Positions 1-8,222 of a stretch of 50,020 nt of DNA are shown piece by piece (the stretch's first letter is position 1; each line of letters opens with the position of its first letter). The DNA is from Janthinobacterium lividum (lineage in GTDB: Bacteria; Pseudomonadota; Gammaproteobacteria; Burkholderiales; Burkholderiaceae). The translations under genes were made by a program, and so were the position numbers. The stretch covers positions 1-50,020 of the forward strand of contig JBPBQT010000146.1 of the NCBI GenBank assembly GCA_050955065.1, written 5' to 3'. Under the pieces are notes generated by a model, which had not been told where the DNA came from, did not search any database, and saw only the letters and a program-made list of their open reading frames with translations.

Positions 1-48
1 GGTGCGGGTGCGGGTGCGGGTGCGGGTGCGGGTGCGGGTGCGGGTGCG
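1..48. repeat. (GGTGCG)x8 or more hexamer tandem repeat, in frame within arsB (Gly-Ala)
   Basis: Eight perfect copies read directly from base 1; may extend past the window edge. Confidence 0.97.
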
Positions 49-567
49 GCCATCCTGCTCGTCGTCGCCGCACGCGGCGCGACCATCGCCACGGGCAGGA
101 TAGTGAAAGGCGCGCCGTGGCAGGTGGTGATCTTTTCCCTGGGGATGTATCTGGTGGTCTACGGACTACGCAACCAGGGGCTCACGGCCTACATCGCGCG
201 CTTGCTCGACCGCTTCGCTGCAGGCGGCATGGGGGGGGCGGCGCTGGGAACCGGCTTTCTCGCCGCGTTCCTATCATCGATCATGGACAATATGCCCACG
301 GTGCTGGTGGGCGCGTTGTCGATCGACGCGAGCACGGCGACGGGTGCGGTACGCGAAGCGATGGTATGCGCGAACGTCATCGGCAGCGATCTCGGGCCGA
401 AAATCACGCCGATCGGCTCCCTGGCGACGCTGCTCTGGTTGCATGTGCTGGCGCGCAGGAACCTGACGATCACCTGGGGCCTCTATTTCAGGACGGGCAT
501 CGTGCTGACGGTGCCGATCCTTCTGGCGACGCTGGTCGCCCTGGTGGTCCGGCTGCGATTCGCCTGA
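1..567 (+). CDS. arsB: Arsenite efflux pump ArsB, 3' part (5' end outside window)
   Basis: Frame 1 is open from base 1: (GA)8[10 protein letters not shown]...[22 protein letters not shown]...MDNMPTVL...[27 protein letters not shown], matching the ArsB C-terminal motifs. Confidence 0.93.
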   Translation, partial: GAGAGAGAGAGAGAGAAILLVVAARGATIATGRIVKGAPWQVVIFSLGMYLVVYGLRNQGLTAYIARLLDRFAAGGMGGAALGTGFLAAFLSSIMDNMPTVLVGALSIDASTATGAVREAMVCANVIGSDLGPKITPIGSLATLLWLHVLARRNLTITWGLYFRTGIVLTVPILLATLVALVVRLRFA

Positions 568-595
568 CGCGGTCCGCAGCGCCGCCGGGTCCTGG

Positions 596-955
596 CTACT
601 GCCGCGCCGGCAGAATATCGAGGACGACGTCCGAGGGCCGGCACAGGCGCACGCCCAGCGGCGTGACGACGAACGGCCGGTTGAGGAGGACCGGTTCGCG
701 CACCATCGCGTCAAGCAAGACATCGTCGTGCAACGTGGGGTCGTCCAGGCCCGTTTCCGCGTATCGGGGGCCTTTCTCCCGGACCGCGTCGCGCGCCGTC
801 AGGCCCGCTTGCGCGATCATGTCGACCAGTACCACCCGCGACGGCGGCGCCTTCAGGTACTCGACGACATGCGGTTCGATCCCAGCGTTGCGAATCAGCG
901 CCAGCGTGGCGCGGGACGTCCCGCAATCCGGATTATGGTAAAGCGTGACATCCAT
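596..955 (-). CDS. arsC: Glutaredoxin-type arsenate reductase
   Basis: YHNPDCGTSR catalytic Cys motif, LLNRP and RLCRP arginine motifs; 119 aa. Confidence 0.95.
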   Translation of the reverse strand: MDVTLYHNPDCGTSRATLALIRNAGIEPHVVEYLKAPPSRVVLVDMIAQAGLTARDAVREKGPRYAETGLDDPTLHDDVLLDAMVREPVLLNRPFVVTPLGVRLCRPSDVVLDILPARQ

Positions 956-965
956 CGATGTGTCC

Positions 966-1277
966 TCAACAGGTCTGGCCTTTGCAGCAGTTGTCGGTCA
1001 GAAAACCGATCAGGTGGCGCATCGCATCGAAATTGGCGGAATAGTAGACGAAGCGCCCGGCATGACGCGCGTCGACCAGTCCGGCGTGCGACAAGTCCTT
1101 CAGGTGGAAGGACAACCCGGACGGCGAGACACCCAGTTGGTCGGCTATTTCGCCCGCCGGCATGCCATCCGGGCCTGCGACCACCAACAAACGAAAAATC
1201 GCGAGACGGGACTCGTGCGCCAACGCGCCGAGCGCGCGCAATACGATTTGGTCGGTGGGAGGAGCGATATTCGTCAT
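966..1277 (-). CDS. arsR: ArsR/SmtB repressor with C-terminal CC..C As(III) site
   Basis: LAHESRLAIFRLLV...GEIA..L...SGLSFHLKDL..AGLV...GRFVYY...FLTDNCCKGQTC; start moved to ATG 1277. Confidence 0.92.
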   Translation of the reverse strand: MTNIAPPTDQIVLRALGALAHESRLAIFRLLVVAGPDGMPAGEIADQLGVSPSGLSFHLKDLSHAGLVDARHAGRFVYYSANFDAMRHLIGFLTDNCCKGQTC

Positions 1278-1298
1278 GGTTCGAATAATACGGGAAAC
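1278..1298 (-). promoter_or_regulatory. Probable leaderless arsR promoter (-10 TATTAT) with overlapping imperfect palindrome (candidate ArsR operator)
   Basis: Minus strand reads ttgtttcccg-TATTAT-tcgaacc-ATG; -10 lies 7 nt before the ATG and no SD is present. Confidence 0.5.
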
Positions 1299-1341
1299 AA
1301 CGCGGAAGAAGTACCCGACGACATCCCCGCTCCCCGTTGCT

Positions 1342-1374
1342 GCCACCGCCACCGCCACCGCCACCGCCACCGCC
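1342..1374. repeat. (GCCACC)x5 intergenic hexamer tandem repeat
   Basis: gccacc x5 followed by gcc, read directly. Confidence 0.93.
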
Positions 1375-1523
1375 GTGCGATAGGGAAATGCTCGGTAATA
1401 ACCGCGTTGTTCGGCGAATTGCGCCGATATCGTCCTGATCATAATGCCTACATGGAGATCCGCTCATGCCTAACCCGCGCATCCGGCTCTCATCGGCAGA
1501 TAAACATGAACAGGAACCGCAAC

Positions 1524-1952
1524 ATGTTGAACCATGAAGGATCGCATTCGGCAGCGGAACGCAGAGGCACCCGCCGGGCCATTCCCGCCTACGCCGATGA
1601 GACGGGCGAACCCCATATCCGCAGCGTCGAGGCGCGGTTCCTGCGCGCGTGGCGGCAATCCGTCGCGATCGTGGGCGTCCGGTTCTTCGGTACCGGCAAG
1701 GCCGGCGACATGGAGAAGGTGGCCAGCAAGTGGGATCTCGTGCCGCGCCTTTCGACCATCCGTCATGGCGTCGGCACGCTGGAGTGCACCGAGCAGATGT
1801 TTCTGTCCGCATTGCTCTCGCTCTACAACCCGCACGAGGCGGTACGGCTGCGTCAACAGTGCGGGCTGACGGATTTTCTTGATCTCAACCTTCTCGACCC
1901 GGTGCGGCGCGAGTTGCTGTCGGAACTGTTGTTGAACAGCACAGGATGGTAA
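1524..1952 (+). CDS. Conserved hypothetical protein resembling an ICE-borne family (F..AW...FFG.G...KWDL.P...FLSA..S.YN...LD..RR....L.LN..GW)
   Basis: C-terminal part of ORF 945..1952; AGGA upstream of ATG 1524 (alternative start 1506); family resemblance is from memory. Confidence 0.7.
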   Translation: MLNHEGSHSAAERRGTRRAIPAYADETGEPHIRSVEARFLRAWRQSVAIVGVRFFGTGKAGDMEKVASKWDLVPRLSTIRHGVGTLECTEQMFLSALLSLYNPHEAVRLRQQCGLTDFLDLNLLDPVRRELLSELLLNSTGW

Positions 1953-1954
1953 GC

Positions 1955-2233
1955 ATGTCGATCGACGCAATGGCACTGACAATGGGACGGCATGTCGAGC
2001 AAGCCGATCGGGCGCTCAACGCGCTTCACGGCGAACTCAGCCTCGTCACTTTCAGCGGCGACCCCCAAAGCGTGGAGCGCGCGAACCGCTGGATCGCGCG
2101 GATCATCGATTCCAGCGTGGCCCGGCATCCCGGCAATCCCGTGCTCCAGCACGTCGCCAGCGCGATGAAGGACGATTACCGGCGCAAGATCGCCGCCTTG
2201 TCCGCGATGCTGCGCTCCGCCTCCACGCACTGA
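1955..2233 (+). CDS. Hypothetical helical protein (~92 aa)
   Basis: Starts 2 nt after the previous stop; protein-like composition. Confidence 0.6.
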   Translation: MSIDAMALTMGRHVEQADRALNALHGELSLVTFSGDPQSVERANRWIARIIDSSVARHPGNPVLQHVASAMKDDYRRKIAALSAMLRSASTH

Positions 2234-2310
2234 ACGACCCGACGCGCGGGACCCGCTCCCATGCGCGCCGCCTTATCTCGAATTCTTCGATGCATAGGAC
2301 GATTGCTTGT

Positions 2311-2339
2311 TTGCACCGGCGTCAAGGCATTCCTAGAAT
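2311..2339 (+). promoter_or_regulatory. Sigma70-like promoter for the TauD-family gene (probably leaderless)
   Basis: TTGCAC (2311-2316), 17 nt spacer, TAGAAT (2334-2339); ATG at 2345. Confidence 0.55.
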
Positions 2340-2344
2340 GACCC

Positions 2345-3322
2345 ATGACTCCCTGGATGTCTTCCATGCAATCGTCTCTTTCGCCTCTCCCCACCCCGGC
2401 CGCACCTTCTGCCGCGCCTTTTGCTGCATCTTCCGCCGCATATCCCGCGACGGCACGCCACGCACGTGCCACCCCGCTCGACATCCGCCCCCTGGGCGGT
2501 GCGCTCGGCGCCGAGGTGTTCGGCCTGCGTCTCGATCGGGAATGGGACGCGGATGATTTCGCCCGGCTGCATCGGGCGCATCTCGACCACCACCTGCTGA
2601 TCTTCCGGGACCTGGACATCGCGCCCGAGCAGCAAATCGCGTTCAGCCGGCGCTTCGGGCCCTTGCAGATCCATGTGCTGCACCAGTTCCAGCTCGCCGA
2701 CCATCCCGAAATTCTGATCGTCTCGAACATCGTCGAGAACGGCGCGCCCGTGGGACTCGGCGACGCAGGTCATTTCTGGCATTCGGATTTGTCGTACAAG
2801 GAAAAACCGAGCCTGGGATCGATGCTCTACGCACGGGAGTTGCCGGCCGAGGGCGGCGATACGCTGTTCGCGAACCAGCACCTGGCATGGGAAACGCTGC
2901 CCGCGGATTTGCGCCGGGCGGTGGCGGGACGGCGCGCCGAACACACCTATCTGGCGCGCTACGCCGAATTGCAGGCGCGCAGCCCGTGGCGGCCGAACCT
3001 GAGCGAGGCACAGCGGGCACAGGTGCTGCCGGTCGAACACCCGATCGTGCGCGTGCACCCCGAGACCGGGCGTCGCGCGCTGTTCGTCAGCGAGCATTTC
3101 ACGACCCGCGTCGTCGGTTTGCCCGAGGACGAGAGCCGCGCGATCCTCGATGCCCTATTCGCGCACAGCGTGCAGCAGGCGTTCCAGTACCGCCACGTCT
3201 GGCGTGCCGGCGACATGGTGTTCTGGGACAACCGCTCGCTGCAGCACCTCGCGGCCGGCTGCCCGGCATCGCAGCGGCGGCGCCTGCATCGCACGACGAT
3301 CGAAGGCGATGCCCCCTTTTGA
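2345..3322 (+). CDS. TauD/TfdA-family Fe(II)/2-oxoglutarate dioxygenase
   Basis: WHSDLSY (HxD), GGDTLFA, HPIVRVHPETGRRALFV, WDNRSLQH, RRLHRTT. Confidence 0.93.
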   Translation: MTPWMSSMQSSLSPLPTPAAPSAAPFAASSAAYPATARHARATPLDIRPLGGALGAEVFGLRLDREWDADDFARLHRAHLDHHLLIFRDLDIAPEQQIAFSRRFGPLQIHVLHQFQLADHPEILIVSNIVENGAPVGLGDAGHFWHSDLSYKEKPSLGSMLYARELPAEGGDTLFANQHLAWETLPADLRRAVAGRRAEHTYLARYAELQARSPWRPNLSEAQRAQVLPVEHPIVRVHPETGRRALFVSEHFTTRVVGLPEDESRAILDALFAHSVQQAFQYRHVWRAGDMVFWDNRSLQHLAAGCPASQRRRLHRTTIEGDAPF

Positions 3323-3323
3323 C

Positions 3324-3376
3324 GGAATCCGCCGGACGCGCCGATCCTGAAAGCCTCGCGTAGCCGCCGGATTCCC
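3324..3376. terminator. Imperfect inverted repeat between convergent genes (candidate terminator)
   Basis: ggaatccgccggacgcg ... cgcgtagccgccggattcc; no U-tract. Confidence 0.35.
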
Positions 3377-3392
3377 TGAATCGGGACCTGCG

Positions 3393-3887
3393 TCACCGCA
3401 ACAGCAGCAGCCTCGGCACGGCATCCGCGCCGCACCAGATCACCGCGTTCTGTTCGTAACGCAGCCCCATGTCGAGCGCGGCGTCCCGGTCCGGTCCCGG
3501 GATCAGGAAACTGGGCTCGCCCGGCCAGTCGTTGCTCGGGTGCCGGCCGATGCCGTCGATCAGGACGAAACCCTGCTGCCGCAACGCCACTGCGAGTTCC
3601 ACCTGGCGCCTGCGATTGTATTCGGCGTCGCAGAGCCGGCCCCATGGGTTACAGGCCGTGAGAAAAACGCTCGACGTCACGTCGTGTGCCGCGTGCAACG
3701 CGCGCAGCGCGGCGCTCGCGCAGTCCACGCGCAGCACCAGCGGCGGGATGGCGGCAACCCGATAGTCGCTTTCGCGATAGGCCTGCACGGTGTCCGCCGG
3801 CACGACCGAAGCGTCCGGTGCCACACTGCGCGCCGGACGTGCCGGACGCGCCGGACGCTTCGGACGCTCTGGCACCGGGTGGCTCAT
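3393..3887 (-). CDS. DUF3293-family protein
   Basis: AYRESDYRV...FLTACNPWG...N.RRQ..L...WPGEPSFLI...YEQNAVIW; 4-bp overlap with the upstream gene. Confidence 0.85.
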   Translation of the reverse strand: MSHPVPERPKRPARPARPARSVAPDASVVPADTVQAYRESDYRVAAIPPLVLRVDCASAALRALHAAHDVTSSVFLTACNPWGRLCDAEYNRRRQVELAVALRQQGFVLIDGIGRHPSNDWPGEPSFLIPGPDRDAALDMGLRYEQNAVIWCGADAVPRLLLLR

Positions 3888-5506
3888 CCCCCGCGTTCCG
3901 CGGCCCGCAGGTCGATGCTGCGATCGATCAGGGCTTCGGGACCACTAGCCTCGGGGGACGGCGCGTCTGGAAGGCTTGGAGCGGCCGAAGTGGCCGAAGT
4001 GGTCGCAGCAGCCATTCCGGCGGGCGCATCGGCATCGGTCCATTCGTCGCCGAAGAGTTCCGGTTTCGCAAAAGCCTGCAACGCCGCGTAGTGGTGCTCG
4101 CGGTCTTCGCGAAACAAACTCGCGACGATGCCCTGGGCCATCCGCTGCGCGCCGATGCTGACCGCGGGGATATCCCCGGACAGTTTGCCCTGGCTCGCCA
4201 GCGCCGAATAGTTGAACAGGTGGATGCCTTGCAGGCCCGGACAGCTTCCCGGCACCTTTTCGAGACATTCGAACGCCGCACCCAGGTAGGGCGAATGGGC
4301 CAGTTCGCCGTTTTCGCCATCTTGCGGCGCGTCGAGGACATCCTCCCAGAGCCGGATCGCATCGACCACCGGCGCGAGTTCGCCACGCGCCCGCAGGTCG
4401 GTCCGGAACCCCGTCCCGAAAATCAGGAAATCGACCGGGTACTCGCCGCGCGGCGTCTTCACCAGCAGATGCGACGCGCCGTCGATGATCGTCTCGATCG
4501 GGCTGCCGAGGTGGAAATACGCATTCGCGTGGCGCGACACGCGCAACGTGCTGCCGCGCGGGGGCGGCGTCTGCGACCGCATCGCGTAGTGGTTGATGCG
4601 CCATTTCCAGTCGTCGGACAGAGACGCGAAACCGTGCGCGAAGCCCGGACTGGAGACGCCGGTCAGCTTGTTGATGCGCGGCAGGTCATGGCGCCGTACG
4701 AACAGGTCGACGCGCGCGGCGCCGGCCTCGAGCGCCGCCGCCGCGTTGTCCATCGCCGACGCGCCCGCGCCCACCACCGCGACCCGTCGGCCCGCGAGGG
4801 CGGCGAAATCGATCGCGTCGGCCGAGTGCGCCCAGCGATCGCGGGTCAACTGCCGCGCGATCGCCGGCACCTGCGGCTGCCCGCCGCCGTCGCGGCCGGT
4901 GGCGAGCACCACATGCCGCGCCCACGCCTGCCGTTCTTCGCCGCGCGCATTCGCCAGCGTTACTTCGAGCAGACCGTGCAGCGGACGCACCCGCACCACG
5001 TGTATCGCGTTTTCGACGGCGAGACCCAGCGCGTGGCGATACCAGATCAGGTAATCCATCCACTGCGTGCGCGGAATCTTGTCGAGCGTGGCCCATGCGG
5101 CTTCGCCGAACTGGGACTCGTACCATGCACGGAAAGTCAGCGACGGCAACCCGAGCGCGGGTCCCGTCAGCTCTTTCGGCGAGCGCAGGGTTTCCATCCG
5201 CGCGAAGGTCACCCACGGCCCCTCGACACCCGCCGGCGCCCGGTCGACGATGCGCAGATTGTCGATCCCCAGCAGCTTCAACGCCCCGGCGGCCGCGAGA
5301 CCGCACATGCCGGCGCCGACGATCAGCACGTCGCTGACCGCCGCGCCGCGGTGCGTGCGACGCGGCGACCACGCCGGCGCGGGCAGCGCGAGCCATTTCA
5401 GGTCCTGGGCAAGACGTGCCTCGAGCGCCGCGAGCGACGCGGGTGGCGGCGCGGTTCCGGAAGACATCGCCGTCGCCGGCAAGGGAGGCATGCCCGCGTC
5501 AGTCAT
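3884..5506 (-). CDS. FAD/NAD(P)-dependent monooxygenase (HpyO/SidA-IucD-like superfamily)
   Basis: VLIVGAGMCG, EGPWVTFARMETLRSPK, VVLATG, VAVVGAGASAMD, FGTGF, LSGDIPAVSIGA. Confidence 0.85.
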   Translation of the reverse strand: MTDAGMPPLPATAMSSGTAPPPASLAALEARLAQDLKWLALPAPAWSPRRTHRGAAVSDVLIVGAGMCGLAAAGALKLLGIDNLRIVDRAPAGVEGPWVTFARMETLRSPKELTGPALGLPSLTFRAWYESQFGEAAWATLDKIPRTQWMDYLIWYRHALGLAVENAIHVVRVRPLHGLLEVTLANARGEERQAWARHVVLATGRDGGGQPQVPAIARQLTRDRWAHSADAIDFAALAGRRVAVVGAGASAMDNAAAALEAGAARVDLFVRRHDLPRINKLTGVSSPGFAHGFASLSDDWKWRINHYAMRSQTPPPRGSTLRVSRHANAYFHLGSPIETIIDGASHLLVKTPRGEYPVDFLIFGTGFRTDLRARGELAPVVDAIRLWEDVLDAPQDGENGELAHSPYLGAAFECLEKVPGSCPGLQGIHLFNYSALASQGKLSGDIPAVSIGAQRMAQGIVASLFREDREHHYAALQAFAKPELFGDEWTDADAPAGMAAATTSATSAAPSLPDAPSPEASGPEALIDRSIDLRAAERGG

Positions 5507-6719
5507 GCGACGCTCCGCGCACGGGCGGCAGCGCCGGTGCATCGGAAGGCGACGCCGGCGCTGGATCGACGTGCGGCGCCGGCGCTGGATCGACGTGCGG
5601 CGCCGGCGCGCCGAGCGTCTGCATCAGGCGGTTCGCCCAGCCGAAAATCGCGACGACCTGCGAGAAATCGACGATCTCGTCGTCGCTCATGCCCAGCGCG
5701 CGCAACCGGGCGACGTCGCCCTGGTCGAAGGCGCCGACTTCGAGCGTCAGGCGCCGCGCGTAGCGCAGCAGCTCCTGCTCGCGCGCATTCGCGCCGCCGG
5801 TGAAGGGATCCGCGAAAATGCGTTCGACCAGCTCACCGTTGCGCGTCAGCTGATTGAGCCGCTGCGCATGCACCGACGCGCAGTACGGGCAGCCGTTGAG
5901 CATCGACACCACCAGCGCGGCCAGCTCGCGGTCCGCGCGCCCGAGGCCGCCGGGCGCGTACATGATCGCGTTGTACGCGCTGCTGCGTTGCCGCAGCACA
6001 TCCGGGTTGTGCACGAGCGTGAGATAGTAGGCCGACGCGCGCGCGGTGGGACCGCTTTCGTCGAGCACCGCGTTCTGGTCCGGCGTCGCCTGCGCGGCAT
6101 TCACCGGCGTGAGCCAGGATTGCCAGTCGAGCGCGGCGGCGGTAAAGCCCTGAAACCGCTTGAACGAAGCGAGATCCACCGCGGTGTCGTCGCTGTTGGT
6201 ATTGCTGCCGCTGTCCGGCGCGTCGGCGTCGGTGCCCCGCAGCGCGCGTATCGCGCTGATCACGCGCGCCTGGAACGCCACATACCCGATCAGCTGCGAC
6301 AGGGTGACGATATCGCGTTCGCCCAGCCCTGCCACGCGCAGCGTCGCCAGCGAGGCCGACCCGGCCTCCTCCGGCGCAAGCGTCACGCGCCGGGCATGCG
6401 CGAGGACGGCCAGCCGCAGCGGCGTCTGCGCCGCATCATCAGCACCGGCATCGTCACCGGCAGCAGATGCCGCAGCTTCATAGAAGGCGGCAAGCGCCGG
6501 TTCCGGCGTCAGGCGCGCGACCCGTGCCGCGCAGGCAAAACGCGTGTTCAGATCGAGGGTCCCGTCGTCGTCCCGGAACAACGCGTCGAATGCGCTCTGC
6601 ACGGCCGCCACGATCTTCGGACGGTGTTGCCGAAGCGCCGCCGCCGCGGCGGGATTCGCCGGATCGGCGATCCGGTCGATGACATCGCCCAGGGTCTCCG
6701 GGGTCCATGGTCGGTTCAA
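5499..6719 (-). CDS. Two-domain CMD/AhpD (alkylhydroperoxidase-like) protein
   Basis: RELAALVVSMLNGCPYCASVHA (CxxC..H); N-domain DIVTLSQLIGYVAFQARV; GAGGAG SD 7 nt before a TTG start at 6719. Confidence 0.85.
   Translation of the reverse strand: MNRPWTPETLGDVIDRIADPANPAAAAALRQHRPKIVAAVQSAFDALFRDDDGTLDLNTRFACAARVARLTPEPALAAFYEAAASAAGDDAGADDAAQTPLRLAVLAHARRVTLAPEEAGSASLATLRVAGLGERDIVTLSQLIGYVAFQARVISAIRALRGTDADAPDSGSNTNSDDTAVDLASFKRFQGFTAAALDWQSWLTPVNAAQATPDQNAVLDESGPTARASAYYLTLVHNPDVLRQRSSAYNAIMYAPGGLGRADRELAALVVSMLNGCPYCASVHAQRLNQLTRNGELVERIFADPFTGGANAREQELLRYARRLTLEVGAFDQGDVARLRALGMSDDEIVDFSQVVAIFGWANRLMQTLGAPAPHVDPAPAPHVDPAPASPSDAPALPPVRGASHD
5553..5609. repeat. 24-bp tandem duplication (APAPHVDP x2) in the CMD protein C-terminus
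   Basis: cgccggcgctggatcgacgtgcgg x2 plus a partial third copy. Confidence 0.9.
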
Positions 6720-6759
6720 GCTGACACTCCTCGTGATCTTTTCAGAAAAAACGGTTGAT

Positions 6760-8103
6760 TCATGACGCGGGGTCCTCCGGGCGAGCGGTGCGGCCAGGCG
6801 CATCGAAGTCGACATCGACGGACGCCGCGCGCGGCGCGCGTTGCATGAAGACGACCGCGACGAAGCCGATCGACAGCCCGATCATTACATAGAACACCGG
6901 CGCCAGCGGCGAGCCGGTCAGCTTGAGCAGCCAGGTCACGAAAAACTGCGCGAAGCCGCCGAAGATCAGCACCGCCACGTTGTTGACGATCGACAACGAC
7001 GTCGATCGCACGCGCACCGGAAACATCTCGGCCAGCGTCGTGCAGTACACGCCGAGAAAGAAAGCGCTGAAGACGCCGGCGATCACCTGGGTCACGAGCA
7101 GGCGCGCGATCGACGGCTCGCTCGTGACCCACGAATACAGCGGATACAGCGTCAGGAGATAGGCGCCGAGCGACCAGAGCAGCAGCGTCTTGCGGTCGTG
7201 CCGGTCCGCTGCCGCGCCGGCGATGGGCACGACGATCAACATGACGATGGCCGCGAGCATCTGCACCATGAAACTCTGCGTCAGCGGCAGCTTGAGGACC
7301 TGCTTCGCGTACGTGACCGTGTAGCCGAAGGTGACATAGAACGACACCGCGCTCGCGACCACCATGCCCATGCCCACCAGGTATTTGCGGCCGGGCTGCT
7401 TCAGTTCCACGGCGAAACCCTGCGCGCGCACGGCGGCCTGCCGCGTGGCCTGCACGAACGCCTCCGATTCCAGCACGCTGCGCCGCAGATAGAGCGCGAT
7501 CGGCACGATGACCAGACCCGCGGCGAACGGTATGCGCCAGGCGCCGGCGGCCTGCTGCGCCGGCGTGAAGCATTGCGTGACCAGCATGCCCATCGCCGCG
7601 CCCAGCACGTTCGCCATCAGCTGCCCGCTGATCTGCCAGGACCCGAAGAACCCGGTGCGCTCCCGCGGCGCGAGTTCGATCAGGAAGGCGGTCGACGTGC
7701 CGAATTCGCCGCCCACCGAGAAACCCTGCAGCAAGCGCGCGACCAGGACGACGAGCGGCGCGACGACGCCGGCATGCTGGTAGGTGGGCGCGAACGTCAT
7801 CAGCAGGATCGACAGGGCCATCAACGCCATGCCGAGCGTCATCGCGGCCTTGCGGCCGCGCCGGTCCCCATACAGACCCAGCAGCACGCCGCCCACCGGC
7901 CGCATGAAGAAACCCGCGCCGAACAGCGCGGTGGTCAGGAGGATCGCGTTCAATTCACTGCCGGGCGTGGCGGCGTCGACCGGGAAAAACAGTTTGCCGA
8001 TGATCGGCGTCATGATGGCGAAAACGGTGAAGTCGTACCACTCCATCGCGTTGCCCAGTACCGCGGCGACGATACCGCGCCGGTGATTCGATGTCACGTG
8101 CAT
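6760..8103 (-). CDS. MFS transporter, metabolite:H+ symporter (ProP/KgtP/CitA-like)
   Basis: GNAMEWYDF, FFMRPVGG...GDRRGRK, RLLQGFSVGGEFG, EMFPVRVRST. Confidence 0.92.
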   Translation of the reverse strand: MHVTSNHRRGIVAAVLGNAMEWYDFTVFAIMTPIIGKLFFPVDAATPGSELNAILLTTALFGAGFFMRPVGGVLLGLYGDRRGRKAAMTLGMALMALSILLMTFAPTYQHAGVVAPLVVLVARLLQGFSVGGEFGTSTAFLIELAPRERTGFFGSWQISGQLMANVLGAAMGMLVTQCFTPAQQAAGAWRIPFAAGLVIVPIALYLRRSVLESEAFVQATRQAAVRAQGFAVELKQPGRKYLVGMGMVVASAVSFYVTFGYTVTYAKQVLKLPLTQSFMVQMLAAIVMLIVVPIAGAAADRHDRKTLLLWSLGAYLLTLYPLYSWVTSEPSIARLLVTQVIAGVFSAFFLGVYCTTLAEMFPVRVRSTSLSIVNNVAVLIFGGFAQFFVTWLLKLTGSPLAPVFYVMIGLSIGFVAVVFMQRAPRAASVDVDFDAPGRTARPEDPAS

Positions 8104-8222
8104 GCGTTTCTGTTTCCTTAACGACGATATTGCTTTGAAAGGATGCTACCGTGAAAGTAGGCGGCCGGCAGCCGTGCGGCCGCGCCACCGGACGGCTGAA
8201 ACCGCCGGAGCGTGCCGGAGCG

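Noticed and set aside
945-1505. N-terminal part of the 335-aa ORF with an HRHRHR run
   Set aside because: Overlaps arsR antisense; the His-Arg run is just the intergenic (GCCACC)n repeat in translation
3686-6758. Long + strand ORFs (705 aa, 563 aa)
   Set aside because: Antisense shadows of the monooxygenase and CMD genes
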